Of a stretch of 64,000 nt of DNA, positions 58,399 through 64,000 are shown piece after piece. Position 1 is the stretch's first letter. The number at the start of each line of letters is the position of its first letter. This DNA comes from Burkholderiales bacterium. GTDB taxonomy: Bacteria; Pseudomonadota; Gammaproteobacteria; Burkholderiales; SG8-41. The DNA is taken from positions 37,219-101,218 of the forward strand of contig DASRJL010000110.1 of NCBI GenBank assembly GCA_035649495.1, read 5' to 3'. The notes under the pieces were generated by a model. That model was not told where the DNA came from, ran no database searches, and saw only the letters and a list, made by a program, of their open reading frames with translations. The translations under genes were made by a program, and so were the position numbers.

Positions 58399-59448
58399 AT
58401 GAAACAGATCAGCGTCGGCATCATCGGCACCGGCTGGTGCGGGGGCATACGCGCGGAGACCTGCGCGGCAAACCCCGTAGTAAAGGAGCTGCACATCGCC
58501 GAAACGCGCCCGGAGCGGCTTGCTGAAGTTGCGAAGGCCTGTGCGCCGCGCACCGCCACGGCGGACTACCGCGAGCTGCTCGAGGTCGACGGCCTGGACG
58601 CGGTGATGATCTCGGCGACGCCGGAAACGACGCACTATCCTATGGCTCGCGACAGCCTGCGCGCCGGCAAGCACGTCTTTCTGGAAAAACCGATCGCGAT
58701 CGAGCTGCACGAGGCGGACGAGCTGATCGCGCTCGCGCGCGGGAACGGGCTCAAGTTCACGATCGGCTACTCGCAGCGCTTCAATCCCAAGTTCGCCTAC
58801 GTGCGCAAGGCCGTCGCCGACGGCTCCATCGGCCGCCCGGTGAGCGTCCTGGTGAGCCGGCATATCACGCGCAGCCTGGGCAAGAAGATCACGGGGCGGG
58901 GCAAGCTCTCCCCCGCCGCCATGGAATCGACCCACGACCTCGATTTCGTCCTGTGGTGCCTGGAGCCCGCGAAGCCCGTGCGGGTCTATTCGCAGGTGAA
59001 CTACGGCGCGATGAAGGAATCGACGGGCGGCGACGTCCCCGACAACCAGTGGATCACGGTTACCATGGACAACGGGCTCTCGTTCGTAGTCGGCGGCGGC
59101 TGGAGCCTGCCGCCGGGCTACCCGAATTTCTCCATGACGTGGATCGAGATGATAGGAACCGAGGGCTCGGTGTTCGTCGATGACAGCCACCGCGACGTCG
59201 TGCTGAACACCATGAAGGACGGCATGCGGCTGCCGCTCTCCTCCATGCCCGGGGAATTCGTCGAGCACTCCTATGCGGGACCGATGAAGGCGGAGACGGT
59301 CCATTTCCTCGAGGCCGTCGCCTGCGACCGGCCGGTCCTCGTCACCCCCGAGCAGGCGCGCGCGGTGATGGAGCTTTACATCGCCGCCGATCTCTCGGCG
59401 GAGCGCAACGAGCCGGTGAACCTGCCGCTGCCGGAGTCACGCGCGTGA
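58399..59448 (+). CDS. Gfo/Idh/MocA-family oxidoreductase
   Basis: Contains GIIGTGWCG, the EKP motif (FLEKPIA) and the C-terminal alpha/beta domain. Confidence 0.85.
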   Translation: MKQISVGIIGTGWCGGIRAETCAANPVVKELHIAETRPERLAEVAKACAPRTATADYRELLEVDGLDAVMISATPETTHYPMARDSLRAGKHVFLEKPIAIELHEADELIALARGNGLKFTIGYSQRFNPKFAYVRKAVADGSIGRPVSVLVSRHITRSLGKKITGRGKLSPAAMESTHDLDFVLWCLEPAKPVRVYSQVNYGAMKESTGGDVPDNQWITVTMDNGLSFVVGGGWSLPPGYPNFSMTWIEMIGTEGSVFVDDSHRDVVLNTMKDGMRLPLSSMPGEFVEHSYAGPMKAETVHFLEAVACDRPVLVTPEQARAVMELYIAADLSAERNEPVNLPLPESRA

Positions 59449-59530
59449 CGGGTCAGGCGTCAGGGGTCAGGCGTGATGGCTCGAAGCCTGATCGTTGCCG
59501 TCGGCGTTCATCGGCGTTCATCGGCGGTTA
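59445..59530 (+). repeat. Tandem heptads (GTGACGG GTCAGGC GTCAGGG GTCAGGC GTGATGG) followed by 10-bp repeats (TCGGCGTTCA x2 plus a diverged copy)
   Basis: Seen directly in sequence. It starts on the stop codon of the first Gfo gene and ends just before the start of the second. Confidence 0.7.
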
Positions 59531-59536
59531 AATCTC

Positions 59537-60676
59537 ATGCCCAAGAAACAAGCAAAACGCATAGGCCTCGCCATCGTCGGGGCCGGCCGCGTCGGCCTCA
59601 TACGCGGCGAGCTGGCGGCGCGCCATCCCCAGGTGGACTGGATAGGCATCGCGGAGATCAATCCCGAGCGCGGGGAGATCGTGCGCGAGAAATGCGGCGC
59701 GGATTTCCTTACCACCGATTTCCGGGAGCTCCTCTCGCGCCCGGAAGTGAACGCCGTGATCGTCGCCACCGACGAGCACCTGCACGTGGATCCGGTCGTG
59801 TTCGCTTCCGGGCGCAAGCTGCCGCTCCTGATCGAGAAGCCGCTGGCGACCGATCTCGCCGAGTCCGCCGCCACCCTTGCCGCCGTGGAGAAAGCCGGCG
59901 TCGATGCGGTCATCGGCTACACGCAGCGCTTCCGCCGCCGCTGGCTCGTCGCCAAGGAGAAGCTGCGCTCCGGTGCGCTGGGCGAGGTGACGATGGTCAC
60001 TACGCGCGCCTTCATGAATCGGCTGGTCGCGATAGACAACTACAAGCGCAGCGACAACCGGGCGGAAGTGACGCCCATGGTGATCTCGGGCACGCACGCG
60101 CTCGATATCGTGATGTGGTTCATGGAGGCGAAGAAGCCGGTGGAAGTCTATGCGCGCTCCGTCAACAAGACGCTCGGCCCGACCTGGCAGGGCGTGGACG
60201 GCACGGCCTATACGATCACATTCGACGACGGCGCGGTCTACCACGGCGTGATCTCGTGGGCGCTGCCGGAGGTCTGGCCCGGCGCGGTCTACAGCCTCGA
60301 AGTCGGCGCGGTCGGCACCGAAGGGGTGCTCACCATAGACGACACCCACCGCGACATCATCCTCGCGACCAACCTGATTCAGGCCGAGGGCTACGCCCCG
60401 GACAAGCGCCGCCACGTCGATTTCCTCACCAGCTACCCGGTCGGCGACATGGCGTTGGGCGAGCTGCGCGGTCCCATGCGCGAAGAAACCAATTCGTGGC
60501 TGAACCGGGTGTCCCTGGGCGTACCGACCCAGCACGCGACGGCCCGCGAAGGGCACAACCGGCTGATGCTGACGAAGGCGATAGATCTGTCCGCGCGTCT
60601 GAAGCGCCCCCTGCCCCTGCCGCTTACCCCGGAAGACGAACAGCGGGCATTGGCGCAAACGGTCGCGAGCGGATAG
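59537..60676 (+). CDS. Gfo/Idh/MocA-family oxidoreductase
   Basis: Contains GLAIVGAGRVG, LIEKPLA and the C-terminal domain. Start at MPKKQAKR. Confidence 0.85.
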   Translation: MPKKQAKRIGLAIVGAGRVGLIRGELAARHPQVDWIGIAEINPERGEIVREKCGADFLTTDFRELLSRPEVNAVIVATDEHLHVDPVVFASGRKLPLLIEKPLATDLAESAATLAAVEKAGVDAVIGYTQRFRRRWLVAKEKLRSGALGEVTMVTTRAFMNRLVAIDNYKRSDNRAEVTPMVISGTHALDIVMWFMEAKKPVEVYARSVNKTLGPTWQGVDGTAYTITFDDGAVYHGVISWALPEVWPGAVYSLEVGAVGTEGVLTIDDTHRDIILATNLIQAEGYAPDKRRHVDFLTSYPVGDMALGELRGPMREETNSWLNRVSLGVPTQHATAREGHNRLMLTKAIDLSARLKRPLPLPLTPEDEQRALAQTVASG

Positions 60677-60715
60677 CGGCCGGCAGCGCACGGTCCAAAG
60701 AACGGCCGGCACACA

Positions 60716-61717
60716 ATGAAGGAGGAGAAGACCATGAGAGCTCGGCGTTTCGTACTGCTTGGACTGCTGGCCGCGTTATCGCCTGCGGCGGCGATCGCGG
60801 CACAGGGCAAGGACGACTACCCCAGCCGGCCGGTGCGCATGATCGTGCCGTTCGCGCCGGGCGGGGCATCCGATACCGTCGCGCGCATCATCCAGCCGCC
60901 GATGGCCGATCTCCTGAAGCAGCAGGTGGTCGTGGACAATCGCGGCGGCGCCGCCGGCAACATCGGCGTGGAAGTCTCCGTCCGCGCCAATCCCGACGGC
61001 TACAACTTCCTGCTCGGGAACGTCGGCACGATGGCGATCAACCCGGTGTTCTACCTGAAATTTCCCTACAAGCCCCTGAAGGACCTCATTCCGGTCACGC
61101 AGATCGTGGACGTTCCCGGCTGCCTCGTGGTCCATCCTTCCCTGCCCGCGAAGAACGTCAAGGAGCTGATCGCCCACATGAAGGCGAACCCGGGCAAGCT
61201 GAACTACGGGGCGCCCGCGCCGAGCAGCGCCAACGCGCTCGAGATGCACATGTTCCTCGCCGCCACCGGGACCAACGCGGTGCAGATCGCCTACAAGGGA
61301 GGCGCCGGGCCGGCGATGATCGGCCTGCTGGGCAACGAAGTGCAGATGATGTTCGTGACGTTCTCCTCCGCCATCGGCTTCGTGAAGCCGGGCCGGGTCA
61401 GGATGCTCGCCGTCATCTCGCCGGAGCGCAATCCCGCCCTGCCCGAAATCCCGACGATGCGCGAGCAGGGGCTCAACATGACGGTCGGCTCCTGGCAGGG
61501 ATTGTTTCTGCCGAAGGGTACTGCTAAGCCCATCGTGGACAAGCTCTATCGCGTCGGCGTCGACATGATGAAGGATCCCCAGGTCGTGAAGCGCATGGGT
61601 GAAACCGGGATCACGATCGTCACCAGCAAGAGCCCGGCGGAATTCACGGACTTCGTAAAAGCGGAGACCGACCGCTTCGGAAAAGCGATCAAGGACGGCA
61701 ACATCCCTACGGAATGA
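60716..61717 (+). CDS. Bug-family (TctC-like) substrate-binding protein
   Basis: Contains YPSRPVRMIVPFAPGGASD..AR, NRGGAAGN and a conserved C-terminus SPAEFTDFVKAETDRFGK. Confidence 0.85.
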   Translation: MKEEKTMRARRFVLLGLLAALSPAAAIAAQGKDDYPSRPVRMIVPFAPGGASDTVARIIQPPMADLLKQQVVVDNRGGAAGNIGVEVSVRANPDGYNFLLGNVGTMAINPVFYLKFPYKPLKDLIPVTQIVDVPGCLVVHPSLPAKNVKELIAHMKANPGKLNYGAPAPSSANALEMHMFLAATGTNAVQIAYKGGAGPAMIGLLGNEVQMMFVTFSSAIGFVKPGRVRMLAVISPERNPALPEIPTMREQGLNMTVGSWQGLFLPKGTAKPIVDKLYRVGVDMMKDPQVVKRMGETGITIVTSKSPAEFTDFVKAETDRFGKAIKDGNIPTE

Positions 61718-62757
61718 GGCGCCGTTTCCCTGCCATAGTGGCGCTTCCAGGCGTACCGGGCATGAACTGGAGCGCGTGCGCGTGCCTGATCGGAGCAGCC
61801 CTGGTTTCCGGGGCTGCGTATGCCGCCCCGGCCGCGCCAGCGAAGGCCGACGACTACCCTTCGCGCCCGGTCCGCTACATGGTGCCGTTCGCGCCGGGCG
61901 GCGCGGCGGATTTCGTCGCCCGCCTCATGCAGCCCCGGCTGTCTGAATTTCTCGGCCAGCAGGTGGTGATCGACAACCGCGCCGGCGCAGCCGGCAATGT
62001 CGGCATGGAAGTCGTGGCGCGGTCGAGCCCGGACGGGTACACGATCATGCTGGGCAGCGTGGGCCTCGTCGCGATCAACCCGGTCGTATTTCCGAAATTC
62101 CCGGTGATCCCGCTTCGCGATTTCATAGGTATCATGCAGATTACCGATGTGCCGGGCGCGCTGGTGGTGCACCCCTCGGTCCCGGTGAAGTCGGCGAGCG
62201 AGTTCGTCGCCTATCTCAAGGCGAATCCGGGCAAGCTGAACTACGGCTCGCCGGGCGCGGGCAGCGCCAACCGGCTGGAAATGGAGATGTTCCGCATCAT
62301 CACCGGCACGCAGATGACCCACGTGCCGTACAAGGGCGGGGCCGGCCAGGCGGTCACGGCGCTCTTGGGCAACGAAGTGCAGACGATGTTCGTGACGTTC
62401 ACGTCGGTGGTGAGCTTCGTCAAGCAGGGACGGCTGCGCATGCTGGGCGTGGTATCGCCGGAGCGCAACCCGGTGCTGCCGGACGTCCCGGCGATGCCGG
62501 AGCTGGGATTCCCGAAGCTGACGAGCGGGACCTGGCAGGGCCTGTTCGTACCCAGTGGCACGCCGGAGCCGGTGCTGAAAAAGCTGCTCGCCGCGGGCAC
62601 GCGCACCATGGAACACCCGGAGGTGGTGAAGCGCCTCGCCGAGAGCGGCGCGCGCGTCGTCATCAGCAAGTCACCCGCAGCTTTCAGGGAGTACTGGAAG
62701 TCCGAATACGAGCGATTCGCGAAAGTGGTCAGGGACGCTAAGATAGAAACAGAATGA
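61714..62757 (+). CDS. Bug-family (TctC-like) substrate-binding protein
   Basis: Contains YPSRPVRYMVPFAPGGAAD..AR and NRAGAAGN. The ATGA overlaps the previous gene. Confidence 0.85.
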   Translation: MRRRFPAIVALPGVPGMNWSACACLIGAALVSGAAYAAPAAPAKADDYPSRPVRYMVPFAPGGAADFVARLMQPRLSEFLGQQVVIDNRAGAAGNVGMEVVARSSPDGYTIMLGSVGLVAINPVVFPKFPVIPLRDFIGIMQITDVPGALVVHPSVPVKSASEFVAYLKANPGKLNYGSPGAGSANRLEMEMFRIITGTQMTHVPYKGGAGQAVTALLGNEVQTMFVTFTSVVSFVKQGRLRMLGVVSPERNPVLPDVPAMPELGFPKLTSGTWQGLFVPSGTPEPVLKKLLAAGTRTMEHPEVVKRLAESGARVVISKSPAAFREYWKSEYERFAKVVRDAKIETE

Positions 62758-62779
62758 AATTACCCACACGGAGATAAAG

Positions 62780-64000
62780 ATGGCGAACTTCGGCATTGCA
62801 GGTCTGGACTGGCAGCAGCGGGTCAACTGGGAGCGGCTGCGCAACTACCGCCTGGAGCGGGCGCGCGAGCGGATGAAGGCGCATGGCCTGGGCGCGCTGC
62901 TGCTCATGTACGACGAGAACGTACGCTACGTGACCGGGACGCTCACGCCGGGCTGGAACCGCCTGAAGCCCGGGCTGCGCTACGCCATGCTGTGCGGCGA
63001 CGACAAGCCGGTCCTGTTCGAGCAGGGCGACCTGGGCTTCCAGATCGAGCGCCATTCACCGTGGATCCCCAAGGAAAACGTGCGCTATTCCTACGCCTGG
63101 ATCAAGGGAGCGGCAGGTCCCGCCTCCAGCCAGCAGGTGAAGAAATTCACCAACGCGGTAAAGCAGGAAATGAAGAAATCCGGTGTCGAGGGCGCCAAGC
63201 TCGGCGTGGATTTCATCGACATCAACATGCTGAAGGTGTTCGCGGACGAGAAGATCGACTGGACCGACGGCATGACGGCGATGATGGAGGCGCGCGCGGT
63301 CAAGAACGTCGACGAGCAGGAATGCCTGCGCATGGTCGGCGCGATCGGCGACGGAGCTCATTGGGAGTTCATGAAGGCGCTCAAGCCGGGCATCACCGAG
63401 AACAAGCTGACGGCGCACATCATGGAGTATCTTTACTCCATCCCGGGCATGGAAGACGTCGAGGACGTGATCGTGTCCTCCGGCCCGAACACATGGCCGA
63501 ACTGGCGCAATTTCTCCGACCGCATCGTCAAGCCGGGCGACATCGTGTTCATGGATCTCGCCGCGCTCACGTGGAACGGCTACAAGTCGTGCTACTACCG
63601 CACCTATTGCGCCGGCAAGGAGCCGACCAAGGACCAGAAAGAGGTATACGCAACGGCATTGAAGTGGCTCTACGACTCCATCAAGGCGGTCAAGGTAGGC
63701 GCCACGACCAAGGAAATCGCGGAGAAGTGGCCGTCGGCTAAGGACGCCTGGGGCTACGCCGAGGAAGACCAGGCCGCCGCCAACCTGTGGGGCCACGGGC
63801 TGGGGCTCGCCCAGTACGACCAGCCGGTCATCTCGCGCATCTGGTCGCTCGATCACCCGATCGAGATCAAGGAGGGCATGGTGTTCGCGCTCGAAACGCA
63901 GCACGGCAGGAAGTTCGAGTGGGGCGTACGCATCGAGGAGATGCTGATCGTGCACAAGGACAAGGTGGAGATCATCTCCAACTTCCCGGTCGAGCAGATC
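62780..64000 (+). CDS. M24-family metallopeptidase-fold protein (creatinase / Xaa-Pro peptidase-like), 3'-truncated by window end
   Basis: I translated an open frame from the ATG at 62780 (preceded by GGAGAT) to the window edge: MANFGIAGLDWQQRVNWERLRNYRLERARERMKAHGLGALLLMYDENVRYVTG...GDIVFMDLA...HGLGL...EGMVFALE. It is not in the ORF track because no stop is reached. Track ORFs 62992..63741 and 63056..63955 are out-of-frame or antisense artefacts of it. Confidence 0.75.
   Translation, partial: MANFGIAGLDWQQRVNWERLRNYRLERARERMKAHGLGALLLMYDENVRYVTGTLTPGWNRLKPGLRYAMLCGDDKPVLFEQGDLGFQIERHSPWIPKENVRYSYAWIKGAAGPASSQQVKKFTNAVKQEMKKSGVEGAKLGVDFIDINMLKVFADEKIDWTDGMTAMMEARAVKNVDEQECLRMVGAIGDGAHWEFMKALKPGITENKLTAHIMEYLYSIPGMEDVEDVIVSSGPNTWPNWRNFSDRIVKPGDIVFMDLAALTWNGYKSCYYRTYCAGKEPTKDQKEVYATALKWLYDSIKAVKVGATTKEIAEKWPSAKDAWGYAEEDQAAANLWGHGLGLAQYDQPVISRIWSLDHPIEIKEGMVFALETQHGRKFEWGVRIEEMLIVHKDKVEIISNFPVEQI

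Noticed and set aside
62992-63955. Track ORFs 62992..63741 (+) and 63056..63955 (-).
   Set aside because: Both are shadow frames of the M24-family gene that runs from 62780 to the window edge. Their products are Arg/Gly-rich with no motifs.

Overview
High-G+C proteobacterial chromosome segment. Gene content (several Bug/TctC receptors, rluC-rne, uvrB-tyrB) looks betaproteobacterial, Burkholderiales-like. It carries about 60 supportable genes. Core housekeeping genes are maf, an RsmI-like methylase, sppA, a HAD phosphatase, rluC, rne, an LMW-PTP, uvrB, tyrB and an AsmA-like gene. They are interrupted by visibly AT-richer accessory blocks.

Most notable is the tRNA-Asn(GUU) gene at 15038-15353. 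It is split in the anticodon by a 240-nt group I intron whose catalytic core closely resembles the Azoarcus tRNA-Ile IC3 intron. A free-standing PD-(D/E)XK endonuclease ORF resembling I-Ssp6803I ends on the nucleotide before tRNA position 1. That ORF is bracketed by an 8-bp direct repeat of the tRNA 5' end. This looks like an intron plus separate endonuclease arrangement (candidate collaborative homing).

Downstream of the tRNA is a low-GC islet with two PEP-CTERM-tagged proteases and a Bug-gene remnant. Other blocks:
- a fused CydDC-type ABC exporter
- a MoxR-DUF58-VWA (Bat-like) module with an S1C protease and inverted VWA paralogs
- a CusCBAF copper/silver efflux operon
- a glycosyltransferase (SenB-like?), ArsR-rhodanese, desaturase, rhodanese, SemiSWEET and GH84 cluster
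- a long minus-strand operon: PAP2/vanadium-haloperoxidase-like protein, CxxCH protein, four tandem Tat-signal Cys-rich NMT1-like binding-protein paralogs, SCO1, hybrid histidine kinase; flanked by a LuxR-type regulator and a CobW GTPase
- an oxidoreductase/Bug/M24 catabolic cluster

A dispersed family of intergenic tandem heptad repeats (GTSAYNN)n and a collagen-like 18-bp tandem repeat inside uvrB are also visible. No CRISPR array, transposase or integrase was recognised. Many long ORFs in the supplied track are antisense or out-of-frame high-GC artefacts.
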